Source: a virus
Reading direction: 5' to 3' (one strand)
Length of the DNA stretch: 64,000 nt
Virus record (IMG/VR): IMGVR_UViG_3300042402_005180
Coordinates: 13,675-77,674 of that record
Below the pieces are notes generated by a model. The model ran no database searches and had not been told where the DNA came from. It was given only the letters and a program-made list of their open reading frames with translations. How positions within the stretch are numbered: the first letter of the stretch is position 1; each line of letters opens with the position of its first letter. The translations under genes and the position numbers were made by a program. Of the stretch, positions 9,783-19,594 are shown piece by piece.

Positions 9783-10767
9783 AGATTTTCTTAAAAAATA
9801 TGGCGATTACGTAACAACTGGCGAAAAAGTATTAGAAACTAAAAAAAGCTACAAAACTATCTCTATTAGTCCTGCAATTGATCTTGCTCTAGGAGGTGGT
9901 GTTAAAGAAGGCTCTTGGATGATTCTTTCTGGGCCACCAAAAGCTGGCAAGACAACCACAACTATGCAAATCATTGCCAACTGTCAAGCAGAAGGTCGAA
10001 AGATTATTTATCTTGATGTAGAGGGTCGGCTTAAAGAAATGAACTTTGAAGTTCCGGGAATCGATCCATCTTTAGTGCAAGTAATTCGATCAGGAGACCA
10101 GCCATTACCAGCAGAAACATTTCTTGATATTGCAAGAAAGTTAATATCTGAAAAAGAGAACGAAGGTTGTGTTCTTGTTATTGACTCTATTTCTTCCCTA
10201 ATTCCTTCTCGTGATCTTGATGAAGATATTAGCGGCATGACTCGTCCGGGTTTGCCAAAGATTCTATCAGATTTTGTAAAAAAACTTGGTCAAACTGTAC
10301 CAAACCAAAAGTGTCTTGTTATCATGATTACGCACATGATTACGAATACCAGTGGATATGGTAAGAGTAAAATGGCTGATGGCGGTGTTAAGATTCAATT
10401 CCAAGCCGACACGAGAATGGAAGTAAAAAGTGTTCAGCCTTGGGAATCTGCAAGCTCTAGTAAAGATCAAAAGAATGTCATTGGATTAAAGGTTACATGG
10501 GATATCCTTTGTTCATCTATTGGATCTCCTTATAAGACTTGCGAGAGTTGGATTAGATTTGGTCATGGAATCGACAAAGTGCAAGAAATTCTTATGATTG
10601 CAATCGATCTTGGTCTTATTTCAGTTGCTGGCTCATGGTACAACCTTGACTTTATTGAATCTGAAAAAGTTAAGTTGCAAGGACAAGAGAAGGTATATAA
10701 TTATTTAACTGAAAATCCAGAAGCATATAAAACGCTGGAGTCTAAAGTTAAGGAACTATTATATTGA
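9775..10767 (+). CDS. recA: RecA/UvsX-like recombinase
   Basis: IDLALGGG, Walker A GPPKAGKTT, YLDVEG, Walker B VIDSI, GG..IQF.A..RME, FGHGID. Confidence 0.92.
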   Translation: MDKDFLKKYGDYVTTGEKVLETKKSYKTISISPAIDLALGGGVKEGSWMILSGPPKAGKTTTTMQIIANCQAEGRKIIYLDVEGRLKEMNFEVPGIDPSLVQVIRSGDQPLPAETFLDIARKLISEKENEGCVLVIDSISSLIPSRDLDEDISGMTRPGLPKILSDFVKKLGQTVPNQKCLVIMITHMITNTSGYGKSKMADGGVKIQFQADTRMEVKSVQPWESASSSKDQKNVIGLKVTWDILCSSIGSPYKTCESWIRFGHGIDKVQEILMIAIDLGLISVAGSWYNLDFIESEKVKLQGQEKVYNYLTENPEAYKTLESKVKELLY

Positions 10768-11177
10768 ACATTATTGGATTAGATGGTAAAGAGTACTCTT
10801 GGATTCCTAGCAATAATATTGTAGAAACTGAACGTCGATCAGGACCACATGCTAAAGCTAAGGATTTATTAAAAGAGCGTTATCCTAATGATCGAATACT
10901 AGAAGAGATAGTTTTGCCCGGAACAAAGACAAGTACAAGAAAATCCACTTTAAAAGCGGATTTTTTTATTCCAGTTAGGGGACTAATCGTTGAAGTGCAT
11001 GGCCGACAGCATACAGAGTTTAATAATTTCTTTTTTGCTAATAAGATGGAATTTTATAAAGCTCAAGCAAGAGATAAAGATAAAAAAACTTGGTGCGATC
11101 TTAATGAGTTTACACTAATAGAATTATTTGAAAATGAAACACTAGAAGAGTGGAAAGAAAAGCTATGGACGACATAG
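10764..11177 (+). CDS. Vsr/DUF559-like PD-(D/E)XK endonuclease
   Basis: ADFFIP...IVEVHGRQH...RDKDK. Confidence 0.75.
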   Translation: MNIIGLDGKEYSWIPSNNIVETERRSGPHAKAKDLLKERYPNDRILEEIVLPGTKTSTRKSTLKADFFIPVRGLIVEVHGRQHTEFNNFFFANKMEFYKAQARDKDKKTWCDLNEFTLIELFENETLEEWKEKLWTT

Positions 11178-11650
11178 AAAAAAAATGCGAAGCGTTCCAG
11201 AAAAGCATAGACGACTGGATCTCTGGACATTTTATTGATTATGGATTAAAAAACTCTTCTGAATTAGTTGGTAGAGTTTATCAAATAATGTATATGTCAG
11301 AAGAAGACTTAAGAAAAATGTCGTCAGTTGATTGCCAAACTGCAATATATTCTCTTAATAAATATATGACATATATAAACAATGTAATTGCCAGAGAGAA
11401 AGCGGTTAAGCAATGGGCAGAACAAGGAATCTGGTATATAATAACTGGACAAAAGCACGAAAAGTATGCTAAATGGGAAGAAAAGTACTATTCTGCAATA
11501 AGAAATAGCGAGGTTGGTTTAAAATTACAAAAACTTAAAACAACTTCTGAATCCAGAGTATTATCAGCAGAATCGCAAGTAAAAGGAATCGAGCAATCAA
11601 TTAAAGTATTAGAAAATATAAGCAGGAGTAAGTCGTATGAACGATCTTAA
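11165..11650 (+). CDS. helical protein, possibly UvsY-like recombination mediator
   Basis: Coiled-coil character and position near recA; function inferred only. Confidence 0.4.
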   Translation: MDDIEKKCEAFQKSIDDWISGHFIDYGLKNSSELVGRVYQIMYMSEEDLRKMSSVDCQTAIYSLNKYMTYINNVIAREKAVKQWAEQGIWYIITGQKHEKYAKWEEKYYSAIRNSEVGLKLQKLKTTSESRVLSAESQVKGIEQSIKVLENISRSKSYERS

Positions 11651-12107
11651 AGAACAGGCAAAAATAATTATAGCAAAAGGAAAAAAGTTAAATGATCCCG
11701 AATTAGTTCGAATGGGTTTAGAAATGTTAGACGCTTATGATCAAGAAATAATTTCTGCAAATCCAATCGCAGTTCAGTCGTCAGTGCCAACAGAAAAAAA
11801 GACTATCGCTGGAAGATTTGATATGGGAGAATTCACCATGTCAAAGGCGGGATCAAATGTCGTAGAAAAAAGCGGAAGAAAGCAACCAATTTCTACTGGC
11901 CAAAGAAATAATAAATATGTTGATGAAGGAGAACATAGAGATATTGTAACGCCAAATGTTAAACAAACTGAGAGAACTAGAAAATCAATCGAAGAGCAAA
12001 AAGTCAATCAAATTTGTGAAGTATGTGGAAAAAGGGAGAGAGTTTTACCAATATACGCTAGAGAATTTTATCGTTGTGAATCTTGTTTATTGAAAGGAAA
12101 ATCATGA
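11637..12107 (+). CDS. hypothetical protein with C-terminal zinc ribbon
   Basis: CEVC...CESC. Confidence 0.65.
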   Translation: MNDLKEQAKIIIAKGKKLNDPELVRMGLEMLDAYDQEIISANPIAVQSSVPTEKKTIAGRFDMGEFTMSKAGSNVVEKSGRKQPISTGQRNNKYVDEGEHRDIVTPNVKQTERTRKSIEEQKVNQICEVCGKRERVLPIYAREFYRCESCLLKGKS

Positions 12108-12547
12108 GTGCATTTTTAAGTTATGAACTACCAGTTAAAAAATTAACCCCAACAGCAAAACTTCCAGATAAAGCTAATCTATTTGATGCTGGGCTAGATT
12201 TATATTGTGACGAAACAGAAGTTGTAGTGCTTAATCCGGGAGAACGTAAACTATTCTCTACAGGAATTGCGGTTGGAATTTCAAAAGGTTTTGTGGGCTT
12301 AATTTGGCCAAGATCAGGACTTGCTGTAAAGAAAGGCTTTGATACAATGGCAGGAGTTATTGATGCTCCCTACCGTGGAGAAGTTAAAGTGTTGATTATT
12401 AATGAAGATAGTGCATGTCAAATTGTTTCTCCGGGAGATAAGATTGCTCAAATGATTGTGCAGCCTATTCCTGATTTTACTCCAATTGAAGTTGAAGATC
12501 TTGATTCAACAACTCGTGGAGACAAAGGATTTGGGAGTTCGGGATGA
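12104..12547 (+). CDS. dut: trimeric dUTPase
   Basis: AGLDL, PRSGLA, GVIDAPYRGE, IAQ, RGDKGFGSSG. Confidence 0.96.
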   Translation: MSAFLSYELPVKKLTPTAKLPDKANLFDAGLDLYCDETEVVVLNPGERKLFSTGIAVGISKGFVGLIWPRSGLAVKKGFDTMAGVIDAPYRGEVKVLIINEDSACQIVSPGDKIAQMIVQPIPDFTPIEVEDLDSTTRGDKGFGSSG

Positions 12548-12654
12548 CAATTAGCGATTATCTTGGAGTTGGATTTGTATTGTTTACGGTTTTTTATTTT
12601 ATAGTTTTAACCAGAGTATTATCTAACACAAAAATAGGGACGAAAGAAAATTAA
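12544..12654 (+). CDS. small single-pass membrane protein (36 aa, not in the ORF track)
   Basis: MTISDYLGVGFVLFTVFYFIVLTRVLSNTKIGTKEN*; ATGA overlap upstream and TAATG overlap downstream. Confidence 0.65.
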   Translation: MTISDYLGVGFVLFTVFYFIVLTRVLSNTKIGTKEN

Positions 12655-12890
12655 TGGATTACGTGCAAGCATTTTATGTAGAAAATTCAAAAATTATACT
12701 TGACAATTTGCCGCAAGAGATATATAATGGAATGAATGAAGATGGGTTTTTATCTAATGTAGATAATAGTCCTTGGACAACAAAAATCAATATTCTTGGA
12801 AGAACATATCACTTAATTTTCTCAAAAAGGCAAGAGACAGTAAGTGACTTTATGAACGGTGTTTTTTATTTAGAAGGGGAAACGCAATGA
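12654..12890 (+). CDS. hypothetical protein
   Basis: Coupled ORF. Confidence 0.6.
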   Translation: MDYVQAFYVENSKIILDNLPQEIYNGMNEDGFLSNVDNSPWTTKINILGRTYHLIFSKRQETVSDFMNGVFYLEGETQ

Positions 12891-13135
12891 ATTCTTTAAT
12901 AGCATTAGTAGCTATAACAATTGGACAAATACATGTAAATGTCCCACAGCAATATGTAAATGTTCCAGTTCAGCAATTAGTACAGTATGTAAATGTACCA
13001 GTTCAACAGCCAGTACAATACGTTAATGTGCCCGTACAAACAGTTACATATACATACCAGCCAGTAATTTATTATTATCCAACATATTATTATCCTATTT
13101 ATTATTACCCTTATGTCATATATAGAAGTTATTAA
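12887..13135 (+). CDS. low-complexity repeat protein with hydrophobic N-terminus
   Basis: 4x (H/Y)VNVP units followed by 4x YYYP-like units. Confidence 0.6.
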   Translation: MNSLIALVAITIGQIHVNVPQQYVNVPVQQLVQYVNVPVQQPVQYVNVPVQTVTYTYQPVIYYYPTYYYPIYYYPYVIYRSY

Positions 13136-13144
13136 GGAGAACTA

Positions 13145-13543
13145 ATGGAAAATAATAATGAAAATAGTGTTTATAGCTATTTAGAAATAATTCGTAAAGC
13201 TGCAAATGAACTTGAAAAAATTCATGTTTACGAAACTAATAGTGCAATCTACGGATCATCTAAAGAAGAAGAGCTAAAAATAGAAATTGGAAATCTTAAT
13301 AATCAAATTTTAGAATATGAAATTCAATTAGCAGACCTTCAAAAAATGGTCGACTCTGCTATCGAATTGAATAAATCACTATATGATGCTAATGGGAAGT
13401 TAATTGAAGCAAATAATAAATTGATTTCAGAAAAGAAACTAGCAGAAGAAAATAAGGAACTTGCGATTGAGCAAGCGGAAAAGATTATAGAAGTGTATAA
13501 TCGACTTCCAAAAATTGTAAAAAGAATGTATGGAGTAAAATAA
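13145..13543 (+). CDS. coiled-coil protein
   Basis: AGGAG RBS; heptad pattern. Confidence 0.65.
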   Translation: MENNNENSVYSYLEIIRKAANELEKIHVYETNSAIYGSSKEEELKIEIGNLNNQILEYEIQLADLQKMVDSAIELNKSLYDANGKLIEANNKLISEKKLAEENKELAIEQAEKIIEVYNRLPKIVKRMYGVK

Positions 13544-13544
13544 A

Positions 13545-14999
13545 ATGTCCCAAGCTATACTTGAAAATTTACCTGTAGAACGTGCTGTGCTGGCAGGAAT
13601 TTGCCAGTATGGCTTGGAAGTATATGTTGATTTAGATTTTATAGATGCTGATTATTTCTCTCACGAATTAAATCAAATTATTTTCAGTTGCTTGCAAGAT
13701 ATTATTCAGAATAACCAAAAGATTGAGTATCTTGCAATTTTTTCTGCCGCTCAAAAACTAGGAGTATTTGAACTTATTAATAAAAATACAGAAATGGGTT
13801 TTATTAGAAGTTTATTTAATTTTCCTATTAATAAAGATAATGTGCCAAAATTTGCAGCTAAGTTAGCAAAGTTAAAACTAGCTAGAGATATTAAAAAAGC
13901 AATCAAGCAATCAGAAAAAGCAATTGATAAAGTCACTGGCGATGAAGCAGTAGAAGATATTATCTCCTCTGTAGAAAAACCAATTACAGATATTACATTA
14001 AACGCATACAAAGAGTATAGTAATAAAACTATGCTTGTGGGTGAAAATATTGATGAATACGTTCAATTTCTTATTGATAACCCTACTGATTATCTTGGTA
14101 TTCCTACCGGCCTTAATCGGTTTGATGAGGCTTGCGGAGGAGGTATCAGACGAAAATCGGTCTGTTTAATTGGGGCAAGAACAGGTGTAGGTAAAAGTGT
14201 TATTTCTACAAACGTAGCTCTTCATGTTGCAAGTAAACTACACATCCCCGCTTTATATCTTGATACCGAAATGGATATAAGCGACCAAAGAAATCGTATG
14301 CTGGCAAACTTGAGCGGAGTCGATATTAATGATATTGCTAAAGGTAAATTTGCTAAAAGTTTTATGGCGACAGAAAGTGTAAAAAAAGCAGCTCAACACT
14401 TAAAGGATATACCATATCATTATATGTCGATTGCAGGACAGCCATTCGATAATATTTTAAATATTATTAAAAAATGGATTCATCAATATGTTGGATTTGA
14501 CGAGAACGGTAAAACAAAAGATTGCTTAATTATCTATGACTATTTTAAATTAATGAGTAGTGCGGGACTTTCTGCCGCAATGCAGGAATATCAAGCATTA
14601 GGATTTCAAATTACTAAAATGAATGATTTTTGTATTCAATACGATGTCCCTTGCTTGTCATTTGTTCAGCTTAATAGAGAAGAAGAAATTGCCCAATCAG
14701 ATCGATTGCAATGGCTTGCAGCAACTGTTGCTAAGTTTCAAGTTAAAAATGATGAAGAAATTGCAGACGATGGCGATCAAAATGGAAATAGAAAAATTGT
14801 TTTCATTAAAACGAGACATGGTTCTGGGCTTGAGCCGGGAGACTATATTAATGTAAAAATGCATGGATCTCAGGCGAAACTAACTGAATGGTATACCAGA
14901 AATGAATTAAAATCAGGAGCAGTAGATGACAACAGAAACGAAGAACCGCCATTCGAAGAACGAGAAGATAACTCAGCAGAAGGTTTATTCGATCTGTAA
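13545..14999 (+). CDS. dnaB: DnaB-like replicative helicase
   Basis: ERAVLAG N-domain, GIPTG, GARTGVGKS, DTEM, YDY, QLNR, KTRHG. Confidence 0.92.
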   Translation: MSQAILENLPVERAVLAGICQYGLEVYVDLDFIDADYFSHELNQIIFSCLQDIIQNNQKIEYLAIFSAAQKLGVFELINKNTEMGFIRSLFNFPINKDNVPKFAAKLAKLKLARDIKKAIKQSEKAIDKVTGDEAVEDIISSVEKPITDITLNAYKEYSNKTMLVGENIDEYVQFLIDNPTDYLGIPTGLNRFDEACGGGIRRKSVCLIGARTGVGKSVISTNVALHVASKLHIPALYLDTEMDISDQRNRMLANLSGVDINDIAKGKFAKSFMATESVKKAAQHLKDIPYHYMSIAGQPFDNILNIIKKWIHQYVGFDENGKTKDCLIIYDYFKLMSSAGLSAAMQEYQALGFQITKMNDFCIQYDVPCLSFVQLNREEEIAQSDRLQWLAATVAKFQVKNDEEIADDGDQNGNRKIVFIKTRHGSGLEPGDYINVKMHGSQAKLTEWYTRNELKSGAVDDNRNEEPPFEEREDNSAEGLFDL

Positions 15000-16008
15000 T
15001 CAATTAGCAGATAAAATACATGCTTTGCTTGAAGCTCTTAATGTTGAATATATAGAATTTGAAAATCGTTTAGCTTTTTCCTGTCCTGTTCATGGCGGAG
15101 ATAATTCAGGAGGAGCTTGCATATTTACTGATGGCTCAAAATCTAAAGGTAATTGGGTTTGCTGGACTCATTCATGTGAAAAAGACTTTGGAAAAAATCT
15201 AATTGGTTTTGTTAGAGGCGTTCTAAGTTATAAGAAAAATAAAGAAGTTAGTTTTATTGAAGCAATTAACTTTTGTTTGTCGTTTCTTGATAAAAAACTA
15301 ATTGATATTCCAGAAGAAAAAATTCCAGAGAGTATTTATAATAATCAAAAACTAATGGAAATTTTAACCAGAGAACCAGAAAAAGTAATTACAAATATTA
15401 CTAGAGAACAGATTATAAAAAGCATTGAAATCCCCTCAAAATATTATATGGAAAGAGGATTTTTAGCGGAAACTCTTGTTGTTTTTGATGTCGGTGAATG
15501 CTATAATTCTAATAAGCAGATGTATAATCGTGCAGTGGTTCCTGTTTATGATGAAGATCTAAATTACATAGGATGTGTTGGCAGATCGCTAGATGAAAGC
15601 AATAAAAAATATAAATGGATAAATAGTAAAGGATTTAAAAAATCTTTTTATTTATATGGAGTATGGAAAGCAAAACCATTTATACAAAAAACTTCAACAG
15701 TTATTCTTGTAGAGGGACAGGGTGATGTCTGGCGTCTTTATGAAGCGGGTATCAAAAATGCAGTTGGTATATTCGGATCAGATTTAAGTGAAGATCAATT
15801 AATAGCATTGGAAAAACTTGGTGCTATGAATGTAGTTATATTAACTGATAATGACGAGGCTGGACAAAAGGCATCACAAGGAATTATCCAAAAGGGTGGA
15901 AGAAGATTTAATTATTTTACTCCAAAAATTTCAAAAAAAGATATTGGCGACATGTCAATAGAAGATATCGAAAAAGAATTAAAACCTCAAATAGAAGGGC
16001 TATTTTAA
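14926..16008 (+). CDS. dnaG: DNA primase (CHC2 zinc finger + Toprim)
   Basis: CPVH...CWTHSC; LYG; VEGQGD; DNDEAG. Confidence 0.9.
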   Translation: MTTETKNRHSKNEKITQQKVYSICNQLADKIHALLEALNVEYIEFENRLAFSCPVHGGDNSGGACIFTDGSKSKGNWVCWTHSCEKDFGKNLIGFVRGVLSYKKNKEVSFIEAINFCLSFLDKKLIDIPEEKIPESIYNNQKLMEILTREPEKVITNITREQIIKSIEIPSKYYMERGFLAETLVVFDVGECYNSNKQMYNRAVVPVYDEDLNYIGCVGRSLDESNKKYKWINSKGFKKSFYLYGVWKAKPFIQKTSTVILVEGQGDVWRLYEAGIKNAVGIFGSDLSEDQLIALEKLGAMNVVILTDNDEAGQKASQGIIQKGGRRFNYFTPKISKKDIGDMSIEDIEKELKPQIEGLF

Positions 16009-16823
16009 TGAGTCAAATTTTAGCATTCAGCGGAAAGAAACAATCAGGGAAAAATACTCTTTGCAATTTCCTTCATGGGTATCAATTAAAAAGCTACTCT
16101 ATGATCGATGGGTTTGAAATTGCAGAAACTGGAGATCTGATTATTGAAACAAGCATAAGAGAAGAAACTGGAAAAATTTCTAAAGGAAAGGGTCAAATTG
16201 ATGTTACAAGATTAGATATTGAATTTGTTGTATGGGCAATGGATAATATCTGGCCTTTTGTTAAACATTACGCTTTTGCAACAGCTTTGAAAGAAATGGC
16301 AATTGGTTTATTTAATATTAAGAATGAATTAATATATGGAACTGATGAACAAAAAAATCAATTAATCCAATATAAATGGGAAGATATGCCAACAAAAGTT
16401 AAGGGTAAAACTGGATTTATGACTGGCCGAGAGTTTATGCAATATTTTGGAACTGATATTTGTAGAAAAGTATATCCTGATATTTGGACAAATAGACTAA
16501 TTAAAGATATTCAAGCAGAAGAACCTAATCTAGCTATTATTTCTGACGCAAGATTTGAAAATGAAATTAAAGCAATTCAGGCAGTAGGTGGAAAAGTTAT
16601 TAGATTAACTAGAGAAGTTTCAGGCGAAGATTCTCATGATAGCGAAACGTCACTTAATAATTATGATGGTTTCGATGCAGTAATTGATACGCAAAACCTT
16701 AATATAGAACAGTCATGCGAAGAGCTAATAAAAATTCTTAGCGAGTGGAGATGGTTTGATACAAAAACACTTATCGCTCCAGACAAACCAACTAAAAAGC
16801 AATCAACAATGGCAATTCGATGA
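16008..16823 (+). CDS. deoxynucleoside monophosphate kinase
   Basis: SGKKQSGKNT, REFMQYFGT, ISDARFENE, HDSE. Confidence 0.85.
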   Translation: MSQILAFSGKKQSGKNTLCNFLHGYQLKSYSMIDGFEIAETGDLIIETSIREETGKISKGKGQIDVTRLDIEFVVWAMDNIWPFVKHYAFATALKEMAIGLFNIKNELIYGTDEQKNQLIQYKWEDMPTKVKGKTGFMTGREFMQYFGTDICRKVYPDIWTNRLIKDIQAEEPNLAIISDARFENEIKAIQAVGGKVIRLTREVSGEDSHDSETSLNNYDGFDAVIDTQNLNIEQSCEELIKILSEWRWFDTKTLIAPDKPTKKQSTMAIR

Positions 16824-17851
16824 TAACAACATATTTTAGAAGTTCTAGTCTAAATAACTGGAAATACTGTCAAATGCAGTATTTTATGACTTATGTTTTA
16901 GGACATCAATCGCCATCAGGAAAAAAAGCTGACTTAGGAACTATAACCCATGCGGTATTTGAAACACTAGCACTATGTAAAAAAAGAACACAGTTTAATA
17001 AACGTAGCAATATGAAAATCACTCAAGAGCCTTTGGGTGATTTTTCTTTTACAGAAGAGCAGTTATATACTAGTGAATTTGTAAATTATATTCTTGGAAG
17101 AAGTTTTGACTATTATAAAACTAATTGTACTCATAACCAGTTTAATCAAAAAGATTATGAATTTTGCTATAAAATGGTATGGGATACTTTAGCGTATAAT
17201 AATGGACAATTTGACCCCCGTAATCGTAAAATTATTGATACAGAACCACATTTCGATATTCCTATTAAGGAACCTTGGGCTAAATTTAGCTTCGCTGGAC
17301 CGGATGGAGAAGAAATTTCTGGAAATCTTGCGATAAAAGGGACGATTGATCTTGTAACTGAGCTGCCAGATGGTACAATAGAAGTGATCGACTGGAAAAC
17401 TGGGCAGAGGTTAGATTGGGCCACGGGCGAAAAGAAGGACTACGAGAAACTTATGACAGATACTCAACTTCTTCTTTACCACTATGCTATTGGTAAATTA
17501 TATCCTATGCATCGACACGCTTTAATGACTATCTTCTTTTGTCGTGATGGAGGTCCATTTACGCTTGCTTTTGATGAGCAGGATGATAAAAACTTCATAA
17601 AGACACTCGAAAAGACATTTAAAGAAATTACAATTAATCAAGCCCCTAAGCCAGTTTCAAAAGATCGAAACAATTTTAAATGTGAAAAACTTTGTCACTT
17701 TTATAAAACAGTTTGGCCCGGAACAAATAAAACAATGTGTCATCACGTAGAACAGCAACTCTCTACTATTGGTATGGAAAAGACTGTAGCTACATGTTCT
17801 AGGCCGGGATTTGCAATTGGGACATATAAGGACCCCGGAGCAGTTGAATGA
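16820..17851 (+). CDS. Cas4/RecB-like PD-(D/E)XK exonuclease
   Basis: SSSL..W..C, H...E, GTIDLV, IDWKTG, QLLLY, C-terminal Cys cluster. Confidence 0.85.
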   Translation: MITTYFRSSSLNNWKYCQMQYFMTYVLGHQSPSGKKADLGTITHAVFETLALCKKRTQFNKRSNMKITQEPLGDFSFTEEQLYTSEFVNYILGRSFDYYKTNCTHNQFNQKDYEFCYKMVWDTLAYNNGQFDPRNRKIIDTEPHFDIPIKEPWAKFSFAGPDGEEISGNLAIKGTIDLVTELPDGTIEVIDWKTGQRLDWATGEKKDYEKLMTDTQLLLYHYAIGKLYPMHRHALMTIFFCRDGGPFTLAFDEQDDKNFIKTLEKTFKEITINQAPKPVSKDRNNFKCEKLCHFYKTVWPGTNKTMCHHVEQQLSTIGMEKTVATCSRPGFAIGTYKDPGAVE

Positions 17852-19332
17852 TTATTCCAGCTATTACAACTCACTATTCACTATCAAAGGGCTTTATCAA
17901 GCCAGAAGAGGCAGCTAAAAAGTGTAAAGACCTTGGCTATACTCATTGCCTACTTGCTGATAATTCATTAAGTGGTGTGGTTGAGTTTTTTAGCTGTATG
18001 AAAAAAGAAGGCATAGTACCCATCATTGGTTGGAAAGTCGATGATGGGCATTTTATTGCAAAAACACTAGAAGGTTATAAACTTCTTGTTAAATTATTCT
18101 CAGGCGAGAATATAATATATTATGATGAAGATCTTGAATTTTATCCAGATGGTAGTCTTGAATTACTAGAAGTCTGCTATGCAGAAAAAAGAGATGCAAT
18201 TCTCCATAGAATTGTTCTTTGTTCTGGGTTAAAAACTACGCTTAAAAAAGCAAAAGACATTGATCTTGGTGAATTTAAGAAATATTTTGAAAGTGATGAC
18301 TACTCATTTGAATCAAGCAGAAATGCGCAAGTCTTCAATTTTAGCAATAATACAAAGTTAATTTCTGAACTAAAAGACTATACAATTTTTGCAAAGCCTA
18401 AACTTCCAAAAGTGGACTGTAAAGGTCAAACAGAAGAGGAATATATAACACAGTTATGTCGTGAAGGCTGGAAGAAAAAATTATCGTATTTAAAAGGAGA
18501 AAAAAGACAAGAGTATGGCGACCGTGTAAAGTACGAACTTTCAATTATCAATGGCTTTGGCCTTGCGGGATATTTTTTAATTGTGCAAGATATTATCGCA
18601 TATGTTAGAAATAATGGTTGGTTGCCGGGACCGGGAAGAGGTTCTGCTGGAGGTTGTTTAGTATCTTATCTTTTAGGCATTACAGAAATTGATCCAGTAA
18701 AATACGATCTACTATTTTCAAGGTTCCTTAATTCTGGTCGATTCAGCAAAGATAATATATCATTACCGGATATTGATATGGACGTTCCTTCTAATCATCG
18801 TGATGAAATCATTGAGTATCTTAAGAACAAATATGGTCATCAACGAGTTTGTCAAATGATTACCTTTGGGCGATTGCAAGGGCGATCAGTAATTAAAGAA
18901 GTGGCTCGTATATATGGAGATTTATCATTTTCTGAGTTAAATGAGATCACTGAAAGCCTTCCGCCTGAGTCAAGTATTTCAGATGAACTTGAAGAAATGG
19001 ATATAAAATCAGTTATTATCTGGACACTTGAAAATAAGCCCGAAAAATTAGGTAAATGGTGCAGACTAGTTAATGGAAAATTAACAGGAGAGTTGTCCGA
19101 TCTATTCGACCTTGCTATAAGAATTGAAGGAACTTTTAAAAGTCAAGGAGTTCATCCTGCTGGTGTAATTATATCCAATGAAGATCTTCTTAATGATGCT
19201 CCGCTAATAAAAAATAAAAGCGGAAATAATGTAGTAGGTTTTGAAATGCATGATTTAGATAAAGTGGGACTAACTAAATTCGATGTCTTGGGAGTTAATC
19301 TTTTAGATAAAATAATGGAAATTAAAAAATGA
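17848..19332 (+). CDS. dnaE: DNA polymerase III alpha, N-terminal part (reduced PHP + palm/thumb)
   Basis: THYS, GPGRGSAGG, PDIDMD, HPAGVII, KFDVLG followed by a stop. Confidence 0.92.
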   Translation: MIIPAITTHYSLSKGFIKPEEAAKKCKDLGYTHCLLADNSLSGVVEFFSCMKKEGIVPIIGWKVDDGHFIAKTLEGYKLLVKLFSGENIIYYDEDLEFYPDGSLELLEVCYAEKRDAILHRIVLCSGLKTTLKKAKDIDLGEFKKYFESDDYSFESSRNAQVFNFSNNTKLISELKDYTIFAKPKLPKVDCKGQTEEEYITQLCREGWKKKLSYLKGEKRQEYGDRVKYELSIINGFGLAGYFLIVQDIIAYVRNNGWLPGPGRGSAGGCLVSYLLGITEIDPVKYDLLFSRFLNSGRFSKDNISLPDIDMDVPSNHRDEIIEYLKNKYGHQRVCQMITFGRLQGRSVIKEVARIYGDLSFSELNEITESLPPESSISDELEEMDIKSVIIWTLENKPEKLGKWCRLVNGKLTGELSDLFDLAIRIEGTFKSQGVHPAGVIISNEDLLNDAPLIKNKSGNNVVGFEMHDLDKVGLTKFDVLGVNLLDKIMEIKK

Positions 19333-19538
19333 ATGAAAAAATAAGCTATGCTGAAGTTATAATAAAAGGAAATGATATAAATTACAAAGATATTTCTTTA
19401 TGTGATTTAAGAAATTATGTTCCTTGGTATCGAAATAAAAAAAATGGTATTTATCAAGTTCACAGTAATAAATTTTCACAAATATATTATAATTTGGATG
19501 ACGCAATTAATAAATTTTTGGAATTAAAAGGAAAATAG
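19329..19538 (+). CDS. hypothetical protein
   Basis: ATGA-coupled ORF. Confidence 0.6.
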   Translation: MNEKISYAEVIIKGNDINYKDISLCDLRNYVPWYRNKKNGIYQVHSNKFSQIYYNLDDAINKFLELKGK

Positions 19539-19571
19539 TTGCCTGTTACAAGACTTTTGTGTATAATAATA
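19539..19571 (+). promoter_or_regulatory. promoter: TTGCCT-17 bp-TATAAT, includes the TTGTGTATAATAATA motif
   Basis: Sigma70-like spacing with extended -10, directly upstream of the HNH gene. Confidence 0.65.
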
Positions 19572-19594
19572 TGGAAACAGAAAAGGAGAATTTA

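Noticed and set aside
16820-17851. CRISPR-Cas system (Cas4-like gene)
   Set aside because: No repeat-spacer array or other cas genes; stand-alone Cas4-like nucleases are common in phage replication modules.
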